A DNA stretch of 64,000 nucleotides from a bacterium (GCA_030647485.1 JAUSJT010000004.1:45088-109087); one strand, 5' to 3'. Counted from the stretch's first letter, positions 52,067-61,145 are shown. Notes: generated by a model from the letters alone, not told the origin. Translations and numbers: made by a program.

Positions 52067-52272
52067 GGATTGTTATCATTTCTTTTGTATTAGTGGCAAT
52101 ATTGCTTGTTGGTTTTCAATATTGGCAGTACAAAAACATTGGAGATATGAGTTGCGGGGGAGATTTCTCCTATAACACGCAGTGCCCCCTGGGAACATTT
52201 TGCAAATCTCTTAATCAAGGTTCTGGCGCCGGAGGGATCTGCGCTACATATCTTTTTTTGAAACAAAAATGA
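52063..52272 (+). CDS. 69-aa anchored Cys-containing micro-protein
   Basis: N-terminal TM, 4 Cys; 4-nt overlaps with both neighbours. Confidence 0.5.
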   Translation: MRIVIISFVLVAILLVGFQYWQYKNIGDMSCGGDFSYNTQCPLGTFCKSLNQGSGAGGICATYLFLKQK

Positions 52273-53252
52273 TAAAGCCAAAGTTTGATCTTATCTCTGT
52301 AGGGGACACGCAGTATGACGTGTTTCTTGAGTTGGAAGAGGAGACAAAATTATTGAAAGATCCAGAATCCGGCATAGAATACTTGGGCTTGGTGTCTGCA
52401 GAAAAGATTCCCGCAAAGTCGTATACTCCGGTAGCCGCGGTGGGGAACTCTGCCAATGTTGCTATTGGCTGCTCGCGCCTCGGATTGAAGTCTGCGTTCT
52501 ATACGCACTTGGCAAAAGATAACATTGGGAAAGAAGAAATTGAGGTGTTCAAACAAGAGAAGGTTTCAACAGACTATGTCGTGTGGGACTCAAAACGGGG
52601 CAGCAACTTTTCCGCAGTGCTCAATTACAAGGGAGAGAGGACAATTGTAGTGCATCATGAGCCCCGAGATTATAATTTGCCAAAGCTAGCTCCAAGCCGT
52701 TGGTTGTACTACAGTTCGCTTGCGGCAGGGCATGAGAAGCTCCATACGCAAATTCCAGAGTATGTAAAGCAGTATGGGGTTCAGTTTGGATTTAACCCAG
52801 GATCTCATCAATTGAAAGAGGGGCTTGCGGTGTTAAGCTCTATCATGGAGGTTACCACTGTATTCTTGGTGAACAAAGACGAAGCAAGAGAGCTTTTGGG
52901 GAATTCAGATGACATCAAAGAACTTCTGCAAGGATTAAAGAGCAAGGGTCCTCGCATAGTGGTTATTACCGACGACGGAAAGGGATCATACTGTTTTGAC
53001 GGCACGAATTTCTATCACCTGGATATTTTTCATGTTCCCGTAGTTGAGATGACCGGGGCGGGGGACGCGTATTCCACTGGATTCGTCTCTGCGCTAGCCC
53101 TGGGCCTTGATGTAAAAGAAGCGATGCGCTGGGGAGCAATGAACGGAGCCTCTGTTATTCAGAAGATTGGAGCAAGGGAAGGTTTGTTAACAAGAAAAGC
53201 GATGGAAACCCTTCTGGAGCAGAACGAGAGTTTCCAGCCGGTATTATTTTGA
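52269..53252 (+). CDS. PfkB-family carbohydrate kinase
   Basis: TGAGDAY motif, GNSANVA N-terminal motif. Confidence 0.8.
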   Translation: MIKPKFDLISVGDTQYDVFLELEEETKLLKDPESGIEYLGLVSAEKIPAKSYTPVAAVGNSANVAIGCSRLGLKSAFYTHLAKDNIGKEEIEVFKQEKVSTDYVVWDSKRGSNFSAVLNYKGERTIVVHHEPRDYNLPKLAPSRWLYYSSLAAGHEKLHTQIPEYVKQYGVQFGFNPGSHQLKEGLAVLSSIMEVTTVFLVNKDEARELLGNSDDIKELLQGLKSKGPRIVVITDDGKGSYCFDGTNFYHLDIFHVPVVEMTGAGDAYSTGFVSALALGLDVKEAMRWGAMNGASVIQKIGAREGLLTRKAMETLLEQNESFQPVLF

Positions 53253-53253
53253 T

Positions 53254-54165
53254 ATGAAAAAGTACACGGTGTTTATCACAAGTAAAATACCAGAAGAGGG
53301 GATAAATCTTTTGCAGCAGCAAGGATATGTTCTCAAGTTTGGTTCCTTGAAAAAGGCAAAGGGAGCGCATGCGTTGTTATGTCTTTTGACAGATACGATT
53401 GATGCAAAGGTTATGAATGCCATAGGTCCCCAGCTCAAGATTATCTCCAATATGGCTGCGGGGCTAGATAATATTGACATTCATGAGGCAGTGAAACGAG
53501 GCATTACCTTTACCAATACGCCCGGGGTTCTTACAGAGGCTGTCGCAGAGCACACCGTTGCTTTGCTTTTGGCTGTGTCTCGCAGGGTGGTAGAGGGAGA
53601 CCAATTTGTCAGGGAAAAGAAATACAAGGGATGGCAGATTGACCTGCTTTTAGGTCAGGAGTTAAGGGGAAAGACCGTGGGGATTGTTGGATACGGAAGA
53701 ATCGGAAGCAGGGTTGCCGCAATCCTAGAGAAAGGATTTGGCATGAAGGTTGTGTATCACGACGAGCACAGAAACGAAATCGCAGAGAAAAACAATGCAC
53801 AATATGTCTCGTTTAGAGATCTCTTAAAGATTGCAGACGTAGTGAGCTTGCATGTTCCCTTGTTAGCTACTACCCTGCATCTTGTTGGAGAAAAAGAATT
53901 GCGCATGATGAAGAGAACCGCGTATCTCATAAACACCTCAAGGGGAGCGGTGGTGGACGAAAAAGCGTTAGCTCGGGTGTTGAAGGGAAACAGTATTGCG
54001 GGAGCCGGCATTGACGTATTTGAACACGAGCCCAAGATTGATGACTCTCTTTTGAAAGCCCAGAACGTAGTGCTTACTCCGCACATTGCGTCGGCATCTC
54101 ATGAGGCGAGAATAGCCATGGCAGAGCTTGCCGCAAAGAATATTATCAATGTATTGAAAGTATGA
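53254..54165 (+). CDS. D-isomer-specific 2-hydroxyacid dehydrogenase (glyoxylate/hydroxypyruvate reductase-like)
   Basis: GIVGYGRIGSRVA NAD site, NTSRG, TPHIASA. Confidence 0.85.
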   Translation: MKKYTVFITSKIPEEGINLLQQQGYVLKFGSLKKAKGAHALLCLLTDTIDAKVMNAIGPQLKIISNMAAGLDNIDIHEAVKRGITFTNTPGVLTEAVAEHTVALLLAVSRRVVEGDQFVREKKYKGWQIDLLLGQELRGKTVGIVGYGRIGSRVAAILEKGFGMKVVYHDEHRNEIAEKNNAQYVSFRDLLKIADVVSLHVPLLATTLHLVGEKELRMMKRTAYLINTSRGAVVDEKALARVLKGNSIAGAGIDVFEHEPKIDDSLLKAQNVVLTPHIASASHEARIAMAELAAKNIINVLKV

Positions 54166-55130
54166 TCGAAGAAGCAGTCAAAAATTTCCCAAAGCAGTTT
54201 GCATGGGAGCCAGAGCTTCAGAACGCAGAGAACCTAGGGCTTAAGAACATTCTGGTTGTTGCGGGCATGGGTGGGTCTCATCTGGCAGCTGATATTTTTC
54301 AGATGTGGCAATCGTCCTCTGATATCATAGTCCACAGTGATTATGAGTTGTCTGGCATTCCAGAGAGCGTTCTGCAAAATAGCATGGTAGTTGCGGTTTC
54401 GTACTCTGGCAATACAGAAGAGGCAATCAGTGCGTTCGGAGCATCTCTGAAAAAGGGCATACCAGTGGCTGTCATCGCCAAGGGAGGTAAGCTTCTGGAA
54501 TTGGCACGAAAAGAACGTATACCCTATGTGCAGATTCCAGATACTGGAGTCCAGTCGAGAGCTGCTCTCGGCTTTTTGCTCTTGGCATTATTGAAAGTTG
54601 CAGGAAGGGAAGATCTATTGAAAGAAGCGCAGCATCTTCAGAACTCGCTTTATCCAGAAGTATTCAAAGAACAAGGAGAAGAAATTGCGAAAGAGCTCTC
54701 CGAAAGGATTCCTGTCATTTATGCTTCTAGAGCGAGGTATCATTTAGCGTACATTTGGAAAGTAAAGCTTAATGAGGGAGCAAAGATTCCTGCTTTTTGT
54801 TCCGTGCTTCCTGAAGCAAACCACAACGAGATGAACGGCTTTGACGTTGTAGAAAATACTCGAGAGTTGTCTGGAAAATTCTACCCCGTCTTTTTGTTGG
54901 ATGAACAGGACGACCCGCGCGTCCAGAAGCGCATGGCTATGACTAAAAAGATGTATGAAAAAGAAGGGTTAAGTTGTTTGGAGATTCCCGTGCAAAAAGG
55001 ATCCTTCCTGCAAAGAGTATTCTCTTCTGTCTTGCTTGCTGATTGGGTTGCCTTCTATCTTGCGCAGTACTATGGTACGGATCCAGAACAGGTGCCCATG
55101 GTGGAGGAGTTCAAGAAGTTGATCGCATAG
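54162..55130 (+). CDS. Bifunctional phosphoglucose/phosphomannose isomerase (SIS)
   Basis: GMGGSHLAAD, SYSGNTEE, about 320 aa. Confidence 0.75.
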   Translation: MIEEAVKNFPKQFAWEPELQNAENLGLKNILVVAGMGGSHLAADIFQMWQSSSDIIVHSDYELSGIPESVLQNSMVVAVSYSGNTEEAISAFGASLKKGIPVAVIAKGGKLLELARKERIPYVQIPDTGVQSRAALGFLLLALLKVAGREDLLKEAQHLQNSLYPEVFKEQGEEIAKELSERIPVIYASRARYHLAYIWKVKLNEGAKIPAFCSVLPEANHNEMNGFDVVENTRELSGKFYPVFLLDEQDDPRVQKRMAMTKKMYEKEGLSCLEIPVQKGSFLQRVFSSVLLADWVAFYLAQYYGTDPEQVPMVEEFKKLIA

Positions 55131-55198
55131 GGTACAGGGCACTGGGGAAAACTTTGTTTTGCAGCCATGTGTGCTCATGGTGTAGTATAAGGGTATGA

Positions 55199-55329
55199 AT
55201 CCCGTTAGAAGTCCTAGGAAGAAAAATTTGAGAAATTTTTCTTCTGCAGGATATACGGGGTATGGTGTAATAACAATAAATAATATAGTAGGGACGTCTG
55301 AATCTATAAAGACGGACTTCTAACGGGAT
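55199..55329 (+). promoter_or_regulatory. Structured 5' leader: 16-bp long-range stem closing on the start codon, with an internal 12-bp hairpin
   Basis: ATCCCGTTAGAAGTCC (55199-55214) pairs with GGACTTCTAACGGGAT (55314-55329, includes AT of ATG 55328); GAAGAAAAATTT-gag-AAATTTTTCTTC at 55218-55244. Confidence 0.5.
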
Positions 55330-55588
55330 GAATAAAAACATCATTATAGGAGTCGTTGTACTCCTAGCTGTCGTCGCAGCCGCGTACTATTTCTTTGTGT
55401 TGCAAAAACCAGCGCCCAAAGTTACTCCCCTAGAAAAGGAACAGGGGTTGGGAAGCTCGTTGTATGAGGGAACAGGGAATCCGGGAGGGGTCGTTCCGGA
55501 GACCAACCCATTCCAAAATGTACAAGTAAACCCGCTTGGAGGAACCAATCCATTCGAGGGAGGATACAAGAATCCCTTTGGGGAGTAA
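55328..55588 (+). CDS. Small anchored G/P/N-rich protein
   Basis: N-terminal TM, low-complexity NPF/GG tail. Confidence 0.55.
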   Translation: MNKNIIIGVVVLLAVVAAAYYFFVLQKPAPKVTPLEKEQGLGSSLYEGTGNPGGVVPETNPFQNVQVNPLGGTNPFEGGYKNPFGE

Positions 55589-55600
55589 CGTATTTTATAT

Positions 55601-57316
55601 ATGACACATTCTAAGTTTTCTCTTCTGCTTCTTATCGGCCTTGGGCTTATTCTCTCGTGGGGAGCTTTGGCGTTAAGTGAAGATGATATTACGTATCCTG
55701 TCGCCGATCTTGAAAGTTGCCAAGATGAAGAAGAATGTCGTGCGTATTGCGATGATCCTGCCAATATTGATCAATGCATTGCCTTTGCAGAGAAGTACAA
55801 CCTGTTCTCTGAGAGCGAACTTGAGAAGGCAAAGAAGTTTCAGAGTATTGGAGCAGTAGGGCCAGGAGGATGCACAAGCGAGCTTGCGTGCGAGACATAC
55901 TGCGAGGACATTAATAACATTGAAGAGTGCTTGGCGTTTGCAGAAGAGAATGGGTTTATGGACGAAGATGAGTTGGAGGAGGCAAAGAAGGTTGCAGCAG
56001 CCCTGAGAGCGGGAGCTCAGCTCCCAGGAGGATGTACGGGCAAAGACAAATGTGAGGAGTATTGTTCAGATTCTTCGCATATGAAAGAGTGTGTTGAATT
56101 TGCAGAGAAGGCGGGGTTCATGAGTCATGAAGAATTGAAGGAGGCAAAACAGGTGCTCAAAGCATTAGATGCGGGAGTTGCGTTTCCTGGCAACTGCAAG
56201 GGCAAGAATGAATGCGAGGCGTATTGTGAGGATCCTTCGCATATGGAAGAGTGCTTCAATTTTGCTGTCGCGGCAGGTTTTATCCCAGAGGAAGAAATTG
56301 AGCAAGCAAGAAAGATAATGCCATTGATGACGGCAGGGAAAATGCCTGGAGGATGCAGGGAAAAAGAAGCATGCGAGGCATACTGCTCTGATGCCGCAAA
56401 CGTTGAAGAGTGCACCACATTCTTTACTGAAGCAGGATTTATGACACAAGAAGAGGCGCAGATGTTCCGCAAGACAGGAGGCAAGGGGCCTGGCGACTGC
56501 AAAGGGAGGGAGGAGTGTGAATCATTCTGCAATGATCCAGCCAATCAGGAAGCGTGCTTTGCATTTGGGAAAGAGCACGGCCTTATCTCAGAAGAAGACC
56601 TGCAGAATATGAAAGGGGGTATAGAACAATTACGTGAAGGTTTTGAGCAAGCTCCTCCCGAAATTGCAGACTGTCTGCAGCAAAGAGTAGGTACAGAGGT
56701 TTTGCAGAAGATTGAAGCTGGAACGTTTATGCCAAATCCGCAACTCGGAGAGGATATGAGATCATGTTTTGAAGAGTTTATGCCAAGACCACAGGAGGGA
56801 TTTGGACCGGAGGGATTTGAACAAGGGCAGTTTGGCCCCGGAGAGAGTGGGGAGTTTGAGCCTGGGACTTCATTCCCAGAAGGATTTGAAGGGCGTGTGC
56901 CAGAAGAGTTTCGCCAGTTTATTCCCGAAGATACAAGGGGGTTTACTCCGCAGGATCTAGAAAGGGTTATCAGGGGGCAGCAAGACAGCCGTTCTGCGGC
57001 GTGCGCGGAAGAGGGGGGAGTATGGGATGGAAGTACGTGCCGTCCTGCAGGCACGTCTCAAGAATTCTTCCCAGAAACGGGGCCATCACAAGACCAACAA
57101 ATCATTCAGCAGACCCAAGAACAAATCCAGAGGCAAATTCAGCAGCAAATTCTAGAGCAGCAAATTCAACAGCAGCAACAGCAATTACAACAGCAGCTGC
57201 AATTACTGCAACAGCAGACATCTCCCCAGCAACCTTTTCCTTCAACCTCAACGGGCGGATCAATCATTGACGCCACCTCGTATTTTCTAAAGCAATTGCT
57301 TCCAACGGGAAGATAA
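55601..57316 (+). CDS. Secreted protein with six tandem 4-Cys modules and a poly-Q-rich C-terminus
   Basis: Signal/TM; 6x [C-x5-C-x3-C-x8-C...FAE..GFM..EEL.EAKK]; tail QQIQQQQQQLQQQLQLLQQQ. Confidence 0.75.
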   Translation: MTHSKFSLLLLIGLGLILSWGALALSEDDITYPVADLESCQDEEECRAYCDDPANIDQCIAFAEKYNLFSESELEKAKKFQSIGAVGPGGCTSELACETYCEDINNIEECLAFAEENGFMDEDELEEAKKVAAALRAGAQLPGGCTGKDKCEEYCSDSSHMKECVEFAEKAGFMSHEELKEAKQVLKALDAGVAFPGNCKGKNECEAYCEDPSHMEECFNFAVAAGFIPEEEIEQARKIMPLMTAGKMPGGCREKEACEAYCSDAANVEECTTFFTEAGFMTQEEAQMFRKTGGKGPGDCKGREECESFCNDPANQEACFAFGKEHGLISEEDLQNMKGGIEQLREGFEQAPPEIADCLQQRVGTEVLQKIEAGTFMPNPQLGEDMRSCFEEFMPRPQEGFGPEGFEQGQFGPGESGEFEPGTSFPEGFEGRVPEEFRQFIPEDTRGFTPQDLERVIRGQQDSRSAACAEEGGVWDGSTCRPAGTSQEFFPETGPSQDQQIIQQTQEQIQRQIQQQILEQQIQQQQQQLQQQLQLLQQQTSPQQPFPSTSTGGSIIDATSYFLKQLLPTGR

Positions 57317-57323
57317 ATTCCGC

Positions 57324-58229
57324 ATGTTTCATCTTTTTACACTAGTATCGTTTCTTGCCCTCTACACGAGTGCGCTTAGTTTTGGTTCCCTTGCGTTTCA
57401 GTTTATTGAGCGGGTTTTTCCAGACCCCCTCAGTTACGGATATGGAAGAATGTTTGGCGGGGGGCACAACGCAATCGCAGGACTCATTGTTGCTTTTCCT
57501 CTGTACGTGTTTTTGATGCGTTCGATATGGAAAGAAACCAAGGGAAACGCAAAAAACCTGGAGTCCAGAGTCCGTACATGGTTCACGTACATTACTCTTG
57601 TGGTGGTAGCAGGCATTATGCTTGGAGACCTGATCGCGGTGGTTTCCAGCGTGCTTGGAGGCGAGCTGGCCTTGAGGTTCATGCTCAAGGCGCTCACTAT
57701 ATTCACGATTGCAGGCGCCATATTCAGCTATTACCTGCATGACCTGAAAAGGAAGGCAGAAGACTCCTTTTCTTCAAGAGCAAAAGCGTTTTCAGGCATT
57801 GTTGCAGCTCTCGCCCTTGTTTTTATTGCATATGGGATTGTTCTCACCGGTACCCCAGGCCAGCAGCGGGCGCTTCAGTTCGATCAGAGAAGGGTTTCTG
57901 ATTTGCAGCAGATTTCGTATTCCATAGATTCTTATTGGCAGAACAGCGGAAAACTTCCGGCAAGTTTTGAAGATCTCAAGGGTCAACCTTATTCCTACAT
58001 CCAGTCGGTAACAGACCCCAAGACAGAGGTTGCCTACGAGTACAGAGCGCTTGGGGACAAGTCGTATGAACTGTGCGCTGCCTTTGAAACGGATTCCTCT
58101 AAGATCGCAGTACGAGTCAAGGCGCAGGTTCCTTTTTCAGAACAGTCGTGGGATCACGCGATAGGAAGGGCGTGCTTTGAACGGGAAGTTCAAGAGTTAA
58201 GGAAGGATGCTATGCCATCCTTACGATGA
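57324..58229 (+). CDS. DUF5671-type membrane protein with pilin-like C-terminal globular domain
   Basis: 5 TM-like segments, then RRVSDLQQISYSIDSYWQNSGKLP...YELCAAFE. Confidence 0.65.
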   Translation: MFHLFTLVSFLALYTSALSFGSLAFQFIERVFPDPLSYGYGRMFGGGHNAIAGLIVAFPLYVFLMRSIWKETKGNAKNLESRVRTWFTYITLVVVAGIMLGDLIAVVSSVLGGELALRFMLKALTIFTIAGAIFSYYLHDLKRKAEDSFSSRAKAFSGIVAALALVFIAYGIVLTGTPGQQRALQFDQRRVSDLQQISYSIDSYWQNSGKLPASFEDLKGQPYSYIQSVTDPKTEVAYEYRALGDKSYELCAAFETDSSKIAVRVKAQVPFSEQSWDHAIGRACFEREVQELRKDAMPSLR

Positions 58230-58417
58230 AAGACTATTCTTCAAAGCAAACTCATCATGGAAAAACAGCATTTCGCACATCCCGTGCTTTCATTGGAAGG
58301 ATAGTACGGCAGGTACCTTTGCATATTCATAGAGCGTGGGGATTAGCCAAGAGATTCCCAGGACACTTTAAACGATATTTTGAGGGGAAGCATAATAAAT
58401 AATCACAGATCAATATC

Positions 58418-60103
58418 ATGCCCATGCCAAAGTATCTTATATCTTTCCTGTTAGGCGGTCTTTTTGTCGCAGGAGTCGCCTTTGCAGATCACGGAGAAGA
58501 AACTGGCGTTGACGCAGTGGATCCTGCAGAAGTAGTCACCTCTACAGATTTAGGAGTTGAAGATGCAGGGATTCTTCCCACATCTAGACTCTATTTCTTT
58601 AAAGAATGGGGGAGGGGTATTCAGAATCTCTTTACATTTGGTTCTGTGAAAAAGGCAGAATTGGAATTGCGTTTCACTAATGAAAAAATCGCAGAAGCAA
58701 AGAAGGTGCAGGAAATCAATCCAAATAATGAGCAGGCTATTACAAGGGCGCTGGAGAATTATCAGAAGTCTCAAGGGCGTTTGAAAGTACGCTTGGAGTC
58801 TTTGAAAGAGACCTCTCAAAATCCAAACATAGATCGTCTGCTCGACCAATTAGCCGAGAAAACAGTGAGACACGAGAAACTACTGGAGGAAATTGCGCTG
58901 AAAGCAAAAGACGTGGCTGGCGTTGACGAGCTTATTCAAAAGGCAAAAGAACGCATTGAAGAATCCGCAGCTTCTGGGGCCAAAAGGGATGATCCGGCAA
59001 AATTCGCTACACGGCTTGAAAAATCCCTAGTGGATTCGAAGGGTGGAGAATTGAAGCACCTCCGCTCCATAACCCTTATTGACCGCATCAGTGAAAAAGC
59101 GTCAGAGGAGATGAAGAAACCTTTAGAAAGATTGCGAGAAGAGTTTTCCGAGAGATTCCAAGGGGATCTCAAGGCAATACTAGAGAAGAAGACTTCAGAT
59201 GATCTTTCCCATGCCTTAGAAAAAGTGCCAGGAGATAGTGCTCGCCATTCCGTGATCTTGGGAGAGATCCAAGCCAAGGAAACGGGAAAGATTGCAGATT
59301 CTTTGAAGAAAAGCGCAGAGAAGCTTGGAGAGGATGTAAAAGACGAAAAGAATATTGCCAAAAAAGCATCAGAGCAGATTCGTCATGCGGATGAAAGAGT
59401 TCAAAAATTAGAAAGAAAGCTTGCTGAAATCCTAGAACCTCCAGCAGTGGTAAAGAATATCCTTGCAAAAGCAAAGGAACATCTTACGTCAGCGCAAATT
59501 GCTTTGCAAGGAGGGAAATATGGGGAAGCGTTTGGCCAGGCAAGATCTGCAGAAGTTTTAGCACGCAACGGTCTTCGTGTCCTCGAGGAATCTCAAGAAA
59601 AACAAGAGGTGATCGAGCGGGGATCGCGAGTACCTTTTGAACCGCCATCAAAAGGAAACGTTGTATGCGCGCAAGATTTTAATCCTGTGTGCGGAATTGA
59701 TGGCAAAACATATTCTAATCAATGCGTGGCAAAGGATCAGAATGGTGTAAGGATAGCTTACAGGGGAGAATGCAATGAGACAACAGTAGGAACAGGAGAA
59801 AAAAGGTGTGGAACATATAGTGGAGATGGCGTATCTAAAAAATACTGCGCGGTCTGCGGGAATAGGGTTTGTGAACCCCTAGAAACCTGCACTCCTTCTG
59901 TCGTTGGTGGTTCAATGCCTGGCGGAATGTTTGCTACCGCAGACTGCGGTTCTCTGTATTGCGAGCAAGATTGCTATCCTGATAGGGTTCAAGGGAAAGA
60001 AGAGATAAACTTGCCTCGTCTTGAGTTAGATCAAACTAATATTCTTAAAAGATTGATTCCGCAAGAGTTGACTCCAAACTCTGTCCAGAAAGTGCAGGAG
60101 TAG
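58418..60103 (+). CDS. DUF5667-type secreted helical protein with C-terminal Kazal-type domain and a second Cys-rich module
   Basis: LPTSRLYFFKEWGRG N-terminal motif; VCAQDFNPVCGIDGKTYSNQCVA...YRGEC Kazal pattern (about 59660-59775). Confidence 0.75.
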   Translation: MPMPKYLISFLLGGLFVAGVAFADHGEETGVDAVDPAEVVTSTDLGVEDAGILPTSRLYFFKEWGRGIQNLFTFGSVKKAELELRFTNEKIAEAKKVQEINPNNEQAITRALENYQKSQGRLKVRLESLKETSQNPNIDRLLDQLAEKTVRHEKLLEEIALKAKDVAGVDELIQKAKERIEESAASGAKRDDPAKFATRLEKSLVDSKGGELKHLRSITLIDRISEKASEEMKKPLERLREEFSERFQGDLKAILEKKTSDDLSHALEKVPGDSARHSVILGEIQAKETGKIADSLKKSAEKLGEDVKDEKNIAKKASEQIRHADERVQKLERKLAEILEPPAVVKNILAKAKEHLTSAQIALQGGKYGEAFGQARSAEVLARNGLRVLEESQEKQEVIERGSRVPFEPPSKGNVVCAQDFNPVCGIDGKTYSNQCVAKDQNGVRIAYRGECNETTVGTGEKRCGTYSGDGVSKKYCAVCGNRVCEPLETCTPSVVGGSMPGGMFATADCGSLYCEQDCYPDRVQGKEEINLPRLELDQTNILKRLIPQELTPNSVQKVQE

Positions 60104-60106
60104 CTC

Positions 60107-60781
60107 ATGGTAGATTCTTTGGAGGAACGTAGGGTGCGCGCGAGGAAGGTCGTTTGGAAATTAAAAGAACTATTTCCGAAAGCAAGGATTGTTTTAAAGT
60201 ATGGGAATAATTGGGAACTTTTGGTTGCAGTCATTCTTTCTGCTCAATGCATAGACAAGAAAGTAAATGAGGTTACAACAAAACTTTTCAAAAAATACAA
60301 AACTCTTCAAGATTATGTGAAGGCATCTGCTAGCCTGCGAACCATAACAGAGTTCGAAAAAGATATTCACTCGTGCGGCTTTTTTCGCAACAAGACCAAG
60401 AATATTCTGGCTGCAGCTAAAATGGTGAAAGAGAAATTCAGAGGAAGGGTTCCAGAAATAATGGAAGAAATGCTTACGATTCCAGGAGTAGCAAGGAAGA
60501 CTGCAAATGTTGTACTAGGGAATGCGTATGGCGTGGTGGAAGGGATTGCCGTGGATACTCATGTGAAGCGCCTTTCCCAGAAACTCGGTCTTACCGACCA
60601 CAAAGATCCAGTGAAAATTGAGCAGGACTTAATGAATCTTTTGCCAAAGAAAGATTGGTTTTTCTTTACCTATGGTATGATTGAGTACGGTCGCCACATC
60701 TGCCCGGCTCGTAAACACAAAGATTGTGAGAGCCATCCATTAATAAAAATCTATCCTCAAGCTGCAACTATTTGGCCTTAA
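60107..60781 (+). CDS. nth: Endonuclease III (HhH-GPD glycosylase), Fe-S ligand set incomplete
   Basis: LVAVILSAQCIDKKVN, IPGVARKTANVVL, VDTHVKR; C-terminal C-x7-C-x2-H instead of C-x6-C-x2-C-x5-C. Confidence 0.85.
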   Translation: MVDSLEERRVRARKVVWKLKELFPKARIVLKYGNNWELLVAVILSAQCIDKKVNEVTTKLFKKYKTLQDYVKASASLRTITEFEKDIHSCGFFRNKTKNILAAAKMVKEKFRGRVPEIMEEMLTIPGVARKTANVVLGNAYGVVEGIAVDTHVKRLSQKLGLTDHKDPVKIEQDLMNLLPKKDWFFFTYGMIEYGRHICPARKHKDCESHPLIKIYPQAATIWP

Positions 60782-60812
60782 CCTGTGTATAACTTAATGG
60801 AATTAAGTTTTT

Positions 60813-61145
60813 ATGGAAAAGCTCACCGAGAAAAAATGTGTTCCTTGTGAGGGTGGGGTGAAACCTTTCACAAATAAGGAAATACGGGAATATTTGCTTC
60901 AGCTCAAAAAGGGATGGGATGTTATGAACGGGAAGAAAATCAAAAAGAATTTCAAGTTTGAAAACTTTAAAGAAGCAGTAGAATTTCTCAATAAAGTTGC
61001 CAAGATTGCAGAGCAAGAAGGACATCATCCGGATATGAGGGTGTTTGGGTGGAATAAGGTTGAGATTGAACTTTCTACTCATGCCATTGGCGGTCTCTCT
61101 GAAAATGATTTCATTCTCGCTGCAAAGATAGAACAGTTGCAATGA
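60813..61145 (+). CDS. Pterin-4a-carbinolamine dehydratase (PCD/DCoH)
   Basis: FKFENFKEAVEFLNKVAKIAEQEGHHPD...VEIELSTH. Confidence 0.8.
   Translation: MEKLTEKKCVPCEGGVKPFTNKEIREYLLQLKKGWDVMNGKKIKKNFKFENFKEAVEFLNKVAKIAEQEGHHPDMRVFGWNKVEIELSTHAIGGLSENDFILAAKIEQLQ

Noticed and set aside
56545-57054. 169-aa minus-strand ORF, and 56125-56544 (139 aa), antisense to the Cys-repeat protein gene
   Set aside because: The + frame has a periodic conserved Cys pattern, and the antisense frames are low-complexity Ser/Pro/Gly runs.
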